64,000 nucleotides of DNA, from contig OZ025747.1 of the NCBI GenBank assembly GCA_964019335.1, positions 124,001 to 188,000 of the forward strand, in the 5' to 3' direction. Shown one piece after another: positions 53,100 through 62,438 of the stretch (position 1 is the stretch's first letter; each line of letters starts with the position of its first letter). The notes beneath the pieces are model-generated. The model was not told where the DNA came from and searched no databases. It was given only the letters and a program-made list of their open reading frames with translations. A program made the translations under genes and the position numbers. The DNA comes from Diplonema japonicum (lineage: Eukaryota > Protista > Euglenozoa: Diplonemea).

Positions 53100-56090
53100 A
53101 TGTCCAAAGCCATAGAGATGGTGCCTCACGACGAGGCCAAAAAGAAATACTCCAAGCTCCCTATGGAGATCGACAAGGTAAGTGTGGTGAGATACCTGAA
53201 AAAGGATGTATCGAAGACACAGTTGTATCGTTCGCTGCCGATGTACCTTCTGATCTTAGTAATCTGGTCGGTGAACATTTCGCTGCGAAGGTCGGACGAC
53301 CCGACAGGGTACTGGGTGAACAGTAAAGTGAAGGAAGCTCTGGTAGGCGATGTTCTCCCCAACCATCAAAAAGAAGAATTCTTCGAGGTCAATAGCAAAG
53401 AAACATTCTGGGCGTGGTTCGAAAAACAAATTCTCATGGACACCGGCAAAACCCAAGGCGGGTACGTCTCCTTAACAGGATTCACACTGCTTCGACAGTT
53501 CCGGGGGAAATCATACAATTGCAACAACACCGCTGAACAATCGTTGTTCCCAGGGTATCGAACTCAATTCATACCCACAATCTGCTTCGATCCATATCAA
53601 GACAGCTCCTGCTCCACGGCACGCTACGGCCCTGAAAATATCGAAGGAAAACCCATGTTTTTTTCAAACCGAGAATACAATTTTACATCGGTTCAATCCC
53701 CGCCTCTACAGGGCTCCGTTGAAAAATACGGAAACTGGCGGAACGCGTTTCCCATTCTCATACCTAACGGGGTCGATAGCGAAGCTCCTTTGATAAAACT
53801 CCTCCTCGCGAAGATTAACGCGGTAAGCGTTGAAAACTATGCGGAAGCGGATGTTTTAACACAAAAAATCGATCATATAAATGGGGGTGGCACCACAGGT
53901 TGTCACGGAATTGTAAAGGAAGACCAATGCAACATCACTCCCGGTTGCAACTGGGGCACGAACAGTGCCGGGTGTGTACCCATGTCCGCAACTTGCAAAA
54001 AAATCACGAATATTACACAGTGTACATCGCCTTGTTTGTGGTCTGATCAATCTGGGTGTTTCAATGACTGCCCTGCGATCGATAATGAAACAGCTTGTGA
54101 TTTTTCCGGGTGTTCTTACAACAGTACTTCGAGTACATGTTCTGATCCAAGGCCGTTGAACATCGCAATTATTGAAGGGTTGATCTCTCTCGGATGGGTA
54201 GACGAACTAACCAGAGTTCTGACTGTCGACCAGCTATTGTACAACGCAAACTCGAAACATTTCATCTACATCACCTACTTCATCGAGATCCTTCCTGTGG
54301 GAATGTGGATACCGCAGGTTAAATCTCTTTCCTTCCACGTCCTTGCATTGTGGTCTACCTTGAACAAAGTTCTGTTCAGCCTTGATGTCATCATTACGGT
54401 TTACATAACATGGTCGTTCATATCCGTGTGTTTAATGTTTCGACACAATCTTGAAGTGGGAAAAGTCGGAGCGGAACAAGACGAAGAAATAGCAGGGGAA
54501 GAGGTGACCAGCTCGGTGTCGAACGTGAAGAAAAAAGATTCGAAGAAAAACAAGAAAAAAACATGGCTTGAAAAAATCGTGTCGGCCATCGACTTCGCCA
54601 TCATATTCGAACTGGTGTTTACCGTAATATTCGCAGTCTCCTTCGGGTGGAAGTGGGCCATGTGGCAGCGTGGGATAAACATGTCAAAATGGACTCCTGC
54701 AGACAACGAGGATGTCCCGGTGTGGAATTCCATCGTGGAATATCTAAACATCGCCAACACAGAAAAAGTTTTAACAGCCACAGCCGTTATCCTCGCATGG
54801 CTTCGTTTATTCGAATACGTCCAGTACAACGAACGGCTCAACAGCCTCACAGAAACCATTAAAATTGCAACCGGTTCTCTAATTTCCCTCGGGATGATTT
54901 TTCTCGTTATTTTTATCGGATTCATATACGCCGGGAACCTGGCCTTCGGGATCGAACTGTCAGAATTCAACACTTTGTTAAGAACAAGCGGTTACATGTT
55001 ACGATTGTTATTCTCCGCAGAAATCGATGATTATTCAAAGTTCCGCTCGGTCGAACCAAACTGGAGCGTGTTTTATTTCGGGTTGTTCTTCGCATTGGCT
55101 TGGTTGGTCCTTCTAAATATGGTTCTTGCTATTATAACATCGAGCTTCAATGTTGTGAAAGAGAACTCGAAGGATGAGAACGGTGAAGACACCTCCCCTT
55201 CGTGGGAGGTCGGCTCTGTCATGACCGACATCAAAAAATTCTTCAAAAAGATCACGACAAGGGAACAACCCTTCGCGTTCTCCGCGCATTCCGTCAACAG
55301 AACCCACCTCCCGCGAGACGACGAGGAAGTGAAATCAGGCTCCGGGGCGCTCGACGTTGTAAAAGGAAACTACATTGTAGACAGGGTTCGTGCTATTCAA
55401 ATGTTGGACCTCAACAAGGACGACCATTATTTCACGCAGAGAGAGCTTGGAGATGCTCTTTATCACCTGCACCCCAAAGATGTGAAACGAATTTTTGCAA
55501 AATCATGTTGTGAAACATCATTCGGCTCGCGAACATCTCGTCAAACCGATCGACAGGCAACCATGGTCGTCGCTCGCGTCACCGACATCGAAAAGACCGT
55601 TCAACAACTCGTAACCCAAGTCTCCGATCAGGAAGGGCTTTTAAAAACATCACACAACCATCTTCTATCTGTTCAAGACGAACTCGGTGCCGGGCTTGTC
55701 AAAGACATCAATGAGACAGCTCACAACATAGACAGCAATGTTTACAAGCTTCCCCCTCACATCGCTGATCTCCTCCGTACCATTCTCACGGAAAAGCTCA
55801 TGAAGCTTCAAAGGAATGTCGGAGTGCCGATCGACGGTCTCTTAGGTGATATGGATGAATTGATCAATATCCTGAACTCTCCGAAAGCTAAGGCCGTAAG
55901 TAACGGCGGTGATAAAGCGCACGCTGACGGGACCTTGTCTTCACCTTTGCCTCCTGTGAACCCGCTTGACTCAGCTTTTCCCACTTCTCCGAGGCCGAAG
56001 ACGTTGATCAGAGAGGGTTCGCCTAAGACCCCCGGTGTTCAAATTGCTGCATCAAGGGTGACACTAGTGGAAGGGGTGGTCAGTGTGTGA
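53100..56090 (+). CDS. Polycystin-2 (PKD2/TRPP)-like cation channel
   Basis: FWAWF, LLRQFR, WVDELTRVL, YNAN, WLRLFEY, LAFG, LLNMVLAII..SF. Six TM segments plus a TOP domain. Confidence 0.9.
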   Translation: MSKAIEMVPHDEAKKKYSKLPMEIDKVSVVRYLKKDVSKTQLYRSLPMYLLILVIWSVNISLRRSDDPTGYWVNSKVKEALVGDVLPNHQKEEFFEVNSKETFWAWFEKQILMDTGKTQGGYVSLTGFTLLRQFRGKSYNCNNTAEQSLFPGYRTQFIPTICFDPYQDSSCSTARYGPENIEGKPMFFSNREYNFTSVQSPPLQGSVEKYGNWRNAFPILIPNGVDSEAPLIKLLLAKINAVSVENYAEADVLTQKIDHINGGGTTGCHGIVKEDQCNITPGCNWGTNSAGCVPMSATCKKITNITQCTSPCLWSDQSGCFNDCPAIDNETACDFSGCSYNSTSSTCSDPRPLNIAIIEGLISLGWVDELTRVLTVDQLLYNANSKHFIYITYFIEILPVGMWIPQVKSLSFHVLALWSTLNKVLFSLDVIITVYITWSFISVCLMFRHNLEVGKVGAEQDEEIAGEEVTSSVSNVKKKDSKKNKKKTWLEKIVSAIDFAIIFELVFTVIFAVSFGWKWAMWQRGINMSKWTPADNEDVPVWNSIVEYLNIANTEKVLTATAVILAWLRLFEYVQYNERLNSLTETIKIATGSLISLGMIFLVIFIGFIYAGNLAFGIELSEFNTLLRTSGYMLRLLFSAEIDDYSKFRSVEPNWSVFYFGLFFALAWLVLLNMVLAIITSSFNVVKENSKDENGEDTSPSWEVGSVMTDIKKFFKKITTREQPFAFSAHSVNRTHLPRDDEEVKSGSGALDVVKGNYIVDRVRAIQMLDLNKDDHYFTQRELGDALYHLHPKDVKRIFAKSCCETSFGSRTSRQTDRQATMVVARVTDIEKTVQQLVTQVSDQEGLLKTSHNHLLSVQDELGAGLVKDINETAHNIDSNVYKLPPHIADLLRTILTEKLMKLQRNVGVPIDGLLGDMDELINILNSPKAKAVSNGGDKAHADGTLSSPLPPVNPLDSAFPTSPRPKTLIREGSPKTPGVQIAASRVTLVEGVVSV

Positions 56091-56240
56091 GCGAGCAAAA
56101 AAAAAAAAAAAAAAAAAAAATTCGCAGCTTACAAAAAAAAAAGCATATAGTCATAAAGAATTTTTTTTCCCCCCCCCCTTTACATACGAAACGTTTGGGT
56201 CTTTCGTTGCCTCATGTTTTTTTGGCTAAATTGTGAGGCT

Positions 56241-56274
<34 letters not shown>

Positions 56275-56915
56275 GTGTGGTATTTTTTTTTTTTCTTCTT
56301 CTTATAAATGGCCAGTTTTTGGGAAAAAAAAAAGAAATACTTTACCGCAAATTAATTTCCCCCTTTTTGTTTAGAATGTGGAGAACCGACGAATGGAATC
56401 CTATGAAGCGGTTTTTTTTTCCTTTTCTTTTTTTGAGGAATACCCCCTCCCCCCTGGTCATTTCTTTTCCTTCTTTATTTCGTTCCTGTCATAGTGAATT
56501 TTTTTTATTTGCCCTTCTGAGTAGTTTTTTTTCTTCATATAGTGGGGAAAAAAAAAAGAGAATTTTAGATACAGTTAATAGAAAACCCTTCCTTTTTTTC
56601 ATTCTTTTGTTCAACCCTTTTACTTTGTGTATAAGAATGGAAAAGAAAAAGAAAAAAAAAAAAAAAAGGAGAACAAAAAAAGAAGAAGAAAAGTAAAATA
56701 AAATAAAAAAAAGGATGCAATGTCTGTGGTGAGCCTCCCCCCCCCCCCCCCCCCCTCTCTTTCTAGAAAGAGATTTACCGTAGCGCGCACATAGATTTGA
56801 AGATTTTTTTTTTGTTTTTTTTTTTGAAAAAACAAAAAAAAAAAAAAAACACATAGGTGGGGAGGGGGAGGGCGAGAACTTATAAACTCCAAAAAAAAAA
56901 AATAATAATAACGAA

Positions 56916-58212
56916 ATGCACGACCCTCATTTAAAACACAAGGTGTTCGGTTCCATGACGGCTGCCGCGTGTTTCCTGATGTGCTTTATGGCCTTTATCG
57001 TCGGTAAAAGGTATACCCCTCCCTCATTTTTATCAGGCGTCCTGTCACATACCGCAGGTACCCTTAAATGTCTTTTTTTTTTTTTTTTTTTTTTTTTTTG
57101 TTACAATGTTGATTTTATAACTATATGCAACTTGTGCCGAGCAAAAAAACTTTCGCAGCTTTTTAAAAAACCTTTTTTGCTCGTGCGAACAACAAAGACA
57201 TATAGTCATAAAGAATTATTTTTTCCCCCCCCACTACAGCAACGTCGATCTAGCAGAAAACAAAGGAAACCAAATCAAACAAGCTGTCGGGATAATGAGA
57301 GAAAGATTACATCTGTGTAAAAGCGAAACGCTGGAAATGATGGCTAACAAAGACAAAGTAGCATGTACGTGGGGCGGGAAAGAAGAAGAAAAAAAAAAAA
57401 AAAAACTCCTTGCAGCCGATTCTGAATCGCAGGCGAAACTCAAGCTTTCAAATGAGCTCCTTGAGCGTGAAAATGCTCTTCTCATGAATATCTACAAAGA
57501 CCTTTTATCAAACACTGCAGAGTGCGAATCTGAACAGAAACGTGAGGCTGAGCACCGGAGCATGGAGGACACCACCGTTGAGCAAGTCATCGACAGACTT
57601 TCTTTTGAGAACACACAGCTGGAGTCCAACAAGCAGCAAATTAAACAACAAAGCAAAGAGGAGGCTCTTCTCAAGAGGCGATTCATCGCAGCCATGCGGC
57701 TTGAAAACAAAGGCCTTCGACAGCTGCTTGCTGAGGAAATGGTATTTTTTTTTTTTTTTTTTTTTTTTCCCAACTTAACAAGGCAAAACGAGCTGCACTT
57801 GAGTCAAAACGCCCATCGAACGCTCCATCCAGGGGTTACGACGGTGAAAGTGTTGGTAGGAGATCGTCAGGAAGAGGAAAGTTAAGAGGCAATGAGGAAG
57901 AAGAACAAGCCAGAAGGGACGAAGAGGAGTATGAGAGGGTGGCTGAGAGAGAGAGGAGAAAGTATACAGCACGTAAGAGGGAAAGAAGGGAGAAGGACGA
58001 GGAGGAGGACGATGCACCCCCCCCACCCAGGAGGAAGGTGTGTGTGTGGAGGGGGGGGGGGAAATCTTTTTTTTTTACAGCGATGCGAAGACCTTCACGA
58101 GGAATGCCCAACATGGGCCGAAGATGGGGAGTGCCATAGCAACAAAGCTTACATGCAGAAACACTGTAGAAAATCTTGCAAACTGTGCAGGCGTGAAAGG
58201 GAGAGGGACTAG
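56916..58212 (+). CDS. Signal-anchored coiled-coil protein with a C-terminal ShKT domain
   Basis: Introns 57011-57239, 57365-57415, 57742-57782 and 58038-58080 give one continuous frame ending CEDLHEECPTWAEDGECHSNKAYMQKHCRKSCKLC. Confidence 0.75.
57033..57073. repeat. Dispersed ~41-bp repeat, copy 2 (intronic)
   Basis: Identical to 12335-12375. Confidence 0.85.
57111..57224. repeat. Foldback/MITE-like ~110-bp palindromic repeat (intronic copy)
   Basis: Arms TTATAACTATATG / CATATAGTCATAA and CGAGCAAAAAA / TTTTTTGCTCG. Essentially identical copy at 62183-62296. Confidence 0.8.
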
Positions 58213-58230
58213 TGAGGTAGTGGGGTGTGT

Positions 58231-58266
<36 letters not shown>

Positions 58267-58624
58267 AGAAGATCGAAGAAGAGAAAAAAAAAGATGAAGA
58301 TAGATGCTTTTTTTTTTCTTTCTTCCATAACCAGTTTTAACCATCTACTCTGCTTTTTTTATCTGAACCCTTTTTTTAATATACACCCCCACAAAATTTT
58401 AATTTTTTTTGACCTTTTTTTTTTTAAAAAAACTAAGAATTAAAGGGAAGCTGAGGGATTTTTTTTCCTTACCCCCCCACAAAAAAAGAGAAATCTGTTT
58501 TTTTTTCTTTCTTTCTTCTTTTTTTATTTATCTTTTTTTTTATTTATTGATTAAAAAAAAATTACACGATTCTTCCATTCACGACCTACCTTCCTCCCTT
58601 TTAAAAGAAAGAACAAAAAAAAAA

Positions 58625-58661
<37 letters not shown>

Positions 58662-59372
58662 ATGGAAGCCCCAAAACAACATAAGCTAATGGTTGTAATA
58701 TGCGGTGTAATGGGAAGTGGAAAAAGTACCCTAGCCAAGGAAATTCAAAGCATTGTAGGTGGGCAGGTGGTGTCCCAGGAGGACATGTTACAAGTCGAGG
58801 AACAATGTGGGGCAGCAGAGGTGGTTCTAGGGATACGAAACGAGTCGGTCATAGTGGACCGAATAAACTCTGACCGGGGTCAAAGAGTAGTTTTCGCGAA
58901 AAAGGCAAGAGATCTCAAGGTAGCCTGCGTGTGTATATGGGTGTGCCCTCCCGTTGACCTGTGCGTTTCACAACTAGAAACTCGTGGGGCAGACCACCCT
59001 CGTTTTCATTGGTCTCCCCAAAACGCCGCTGTTCTTAGACAAACATATCTTTCATTCCAACCGCCCTCTTCGTCAGAAGGGTTCACCCACATCTGGAAAA
59101 TCTGCAACCAAGCGGATCGAGCGAACCTTTCCCGCTGCCTTTCTCTCATCGTATCTGAAGAGCCCCCTTCCGGGTGGAGCAAGAAACGGTCTCGCGAAGG
59201 CGAGGAGGAAAGAAAACGACGGAAGCTCGCAGGGCTTCTGAGCAAGCTGTCCATAAAACCCAACCCAACGGAACACGACGACAACGACGACCCGATGGAG
59301 GGAAGCGACAGCTCGGAGGAAGGGAAGGGTCTTAAACACATGTGGCGTGGAAAGGCGTTCATGATGGTTTAA
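58662..59372 (+). CDS. P-loop nucleotide-kinase-fold protein (AAA_33-like)
   Basis: VICGVMGSGKSTLA, VSQE, VIVDRIN...QR, FQPPSSSEGF. Confidence 0.8.
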   Translation: MEAPKQHKLMVVICGVMGSGKSTLAKEIQSIVGGQVVSQEDMLQVEEQCGAAEVVLGIRNESVIVDRINSDRGQRVVFAKKARDLKVACVCIWVCPPVDLCVSQLETRGADHPRFHWSPQNAAVLRQTYLSFQPPSSSEGFTHIWKICNQADRANLSRCLSLIVSEEPPSGWSKKRSREGEEERKRRKLAGLLSKLSIKPNPTEHDDNDDPMEGSDSSEEGKGLKHMWRGKAFMMV

Positions 59373-59448
59373 AAAAAATTTTTTTTTTTTCATTTTTCCC
59401 CCCCAAAAAAAATTTTTTTTTTTTTTTTCCAGGAGAAAAAAAAAAAAA

Positions 59449-61278
59449 ATGAAAGAAGCCGCTCTTGTAGCAGGCGTTGGGTTTGGTGCGGGCATCCTTG
59501 CAGCCCGATGTGTTTTTTCGGCGAAAAATTGCGACGCCACCTCGGGGGCTTCTAAAAGAATCGAACGGTGTCAGGTGTTTAAAGACCTCGCAGTAGAAGC
59601 CGGGCAGTGCACAGGGATCAAAGAAATCATCGACAACATCCTCCAAAAAGCCAGAAAACTAGTCAGATGCGAGGCATCGTCCTTGTTCCTCGTGGACAAA
59701 GAGCACGGCGAATTGTACACTCTTACACTTTCAGGCCCGGAGGAGGCATACGAAGTAAGAATCCCGCTTGATAAAGGGGTAGCAGGGCATGTCGCTTGGA
59801 TAGGTCAGTCCATGATTGTCAACGACGCATATTCCTGTGCTTACTTCAACCCTGAGGTCGATTCAAAAACAGGCTTCAAAACGAGGAATATGCTGTGTGT
59901 TCCTATATACAGTAACGAAAAGTTAGACCCCCCCTCTGCCAAGAGGGACGTGATAGGTGTTGTTCAGTTGTTGAACAAAATAGATGAAACCTGTCTGCAG
60001 TTCACAGAGGACGATCTAGTGGATCTAGAGGAGCTGACTCTCCTCGCCAGTGTTTTCCTTTGGTCCTCAGAGGTGACGAAGTTTAAAAAATGGGCCGAGG
60101 CAGAGTCGTCACAGCTAATTCGTTCGATGACCCGCCTCTCGTCCCTCCGCGGCGGGGCATCCTTGTCCTTCTTGAAAACCAAACCATCCTCACCCAAACA
60201 ACGATCTCGACTAACCTCCGCAGAAATAGAAGCTTTCATGAAAACTGTTGAAGAAAACGTCATAGATGATATGCGTGCTGTGGTATTTTTTTTTTTTTTA
60301 AACTTTTTTTTTTTAAAAAAGAGCAAATTCGACGTGTTGGCGTACAGCGACAACCCTGCGAAGAAGGACATCTTGATACCGTTGTTGGTGCAAATGTTCA
60401 CCGATTTGGGTTTCGTCGACCAGTTTGGGTATTTTTTTTTTTTTTTTTTTTTAAAAATTAGTTTCACGCCGGCCAAACTTACCCACCTCTGCGTGATGAT
60501 GCGGGGGCAGTACAGAAACGTCCCTTACCACAACTTTGCTCACGGGTTTGATGTGAGCCATTCTGTGTACGGGTACCTTACGAAAGGCGGGCTCGCCGAG
60601 AAGTTCGAGCCGACCGAGAAGCTCGCTCTCTTCTTGGCAGCGATGTTCCACGACGCGGACCACCACGGCCTCAACAACCAGTTCCACCTGAGATCCAACC
60701 ACCCAGCCTCCATCTTGTTAGAGACTACCGCCTCAGAGATGGGGTCTGTTCTTGAAATTCATCACTGCAATGTTGCAATTTCTATTTTGACCGACCCTTC
60801 TGTAGAACTTTTAGATGTTCTACCTGACGACCAACGGACAAAAGTGTGGAGAGACATGATTTCGTGTATCTTAGCTACCGACATGAAGGAACATGGAACA
60901 TTCGTTAAGGAAGCGGGGCAGCTTAAAAAACCCGGGTCTTCAAACACGCTGTTGATGATGCAGGTTTTGCTCAAGTGTGCGGATATTTCAAATCTTGCAA
61001 AACCGTTTGAACAAAGTAAGAAGTGGGGCACGCTGGTCCAGGAAGAATTTTATGCCCAGGGTGACAAGGAGCGGGAACTGGGGCTTGAGGTCAACGCTGC
61101 TTTCGATCGGAACCAAGGCTCCAACACCGCACAGAACTCGCTTGGTTTTGTGGCCATGGTTGCCAAGCCCTACTTCGAGCTCGTCTGCGATATCTTCCCC
61201 AGCATCTCTTACGTGCTTCAGGGTGTCCAGGAAAACGAAAAAAGGTGGATCGCTATCGCTGCTAACGAGAAACCATGA
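59449..61278 (+). CDS. GAF-domain class I cyclic-nucleotide phosphodiesterase
   Basis: GAF motif (FNPEVDSKTGFKTRNMLCVP, QLLNK). Catalytic YHNFAH, FHDADH, LEIHH, ATDM, KCADISN, EEFYAQGD. In-frame introns 60283-60321 and 60429-60461. Confidence 0.93.
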   Translation: MKEAALVAGVGFGAGILAARCVFSAKNCDATSGASKRIERCQVFKDLAVEAGQCTGIKEIIDNILQKARKLVRCEASSLFLVDKEHGELYTLTLSGPEEAYEVRIPLDKGVAGHVAWIGQSMIVNDAYSCAYFNPEVDSKTGFKTRNMLCVPIYSNEKLDPPSAKRDVIGVVQLLNKIDETCLQFTEDDLVDLEELTLLASVFLWSSEVTKFKKWAEAESSQLIRSMTRLSSLRGGASLSFLKTKPSSPKQRSRLTSAEIEAFMKTVEENVIDDMRAVVFFFFLNFFFLKKSKFDVLAYSDNPAKKDILIPLLVQMFTDLGFVDQFGYFFFFFFLKISFTPAKLTHLCVMMRGQYRNVPYHNFAHGFDVSHSVYGYLTKGGLAEKFEPTEKLALFLAAMFHDADHHGLNNQFHLRSNHPASILLETTASEMGSVLEIHHCNVAISILTDPSVELLDVLPDDQRTKVWRDMISCILATDMKEHGTFVKEAGQLKKPGSSNTLLMMQVLLKCADISNLAKPFEQSKKWGTLVQEEFYAQGDKERELGLEVNAAFDRNQGSNTAQNSLGFVAMVAKPYFELVCDIFPSISYVLQGVQENEKRWIAIAANEKP

Positions 61279-61454
61279 AGAAAAAAAAAAATAGACTGAG
61301 AAAAAAAACCCCCCCCTTTTTTTTTCTTATCTCGTTTCCCAGAAGAAACGAAGGAAGGAACGAACAAAAAAAAAAGGGTGTTCTTTTTTTTTTTTTTTTC
61401 CTGGAGATGTAAGGGAGCACATCAGATGTGTTGTTCGCTGTTGACCTCCTCGTC

Positions 61455-61548
61455 GGGGCTGAGTTGGCAGAAGAAGAAGCTACAGCTGGTCGAAGTGCGC
61501 CCTTGTACTTGTGTGCAGGGCGTCTCCAACACTGGTCTCCTTTATCTC
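61455..61548. repeat. Diverged dispersed repeat, copy 2 (downstream of the PDE gene)
   Basis: Collinear similarity to 45015-45153. Confidence 0.7.
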
Positions 61549-61550
61549 TT

Positions 61551-61608
<58 letters not shown>

Positions 61609-62146
61609 TAATAACCTTCTTGCCTGTGTCCTCGAGATGAAACAATTTGTTTTTTAACCAACAGTGAGAGTAAAAGAAAAAAAAAAGGAAGAAAAAAAAA
61701 AAAAAAAAAAAAAAAAAACAGAAGTGTCCAAAATTGTATGCCACCCATACCCTCTTTCCCTCCCCTTTAAAAAAATTCAAATCCTCTCTTCACTTCTCAA
61801 CTCCCTGGACAAAAAAAAAAAAGAATAGAGGTTTCCCCCCCGTTTCTTCCCCCAATACTAACAGCTTTTCTCAGTTATGTTTCTTCCTCTTTGTCTCCTC
61901 CTTTTTTTAATGTTTTTTTTTTTTTTTTTTTTGCTAAGGTTTTCTTTTTCTTTTTTTTTTCCCCCATCCCAGTCATCCCTCTTTGTTTCTTTCATGAGAT
62001 ACAAAAACAGAAGGGGGAGGGGGGGGGGGGGGGGGGGAAAGAAGGGGAAGGAAGAAGAAAAAAAAAACAAGGGGGAGGAAATACATTAAAAACAGTTTTT
62101 ATAAAAAAAGTTAATTCCCATCTTTCCCTTCCCACTCTTTTTTTTT

Positions 62147-62296
62147 TTGTTACAAATATTTATCTTTCAAAAATTTAAAAATGATTTTATAACTATATGC
62201 AACTTGTGCCGAGCAAAAAACTTTCGCAGCTTTTTAAAAAACCTTTTTTGCTCGTGCGAACAACAAAGACATATAGTCATAAAGAATTATTTTTTT
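62147..62296. repeat. Foldback/MITE-like repeat, longest copy
   Basis: Matches 57111-57224. Its 5' extension matches 48287-48334. Confidence 0.8.
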
Positions 62297-62438
62297 CCAA
62301 TCCCGTTTTTTCTGACATACCCCCTCCCCCCCCCCCCCCATTTAGCAAAAAAAAAGAAGACTAGTTAGCGAACTGAGAAGAGGGAAAAAGTTGGCCCAAT
62401 AACTCCCTTAAAAGAGAAGTGATTTTAAAAAAAAAAAA

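Noticed and set aside
57929-57979. Possible extra intron starting GTATGAG in the ShKT gene
   Set aside because: The reading frame is open and plausible through this segment (EEEYERVAERERRK), so no splice is needed.
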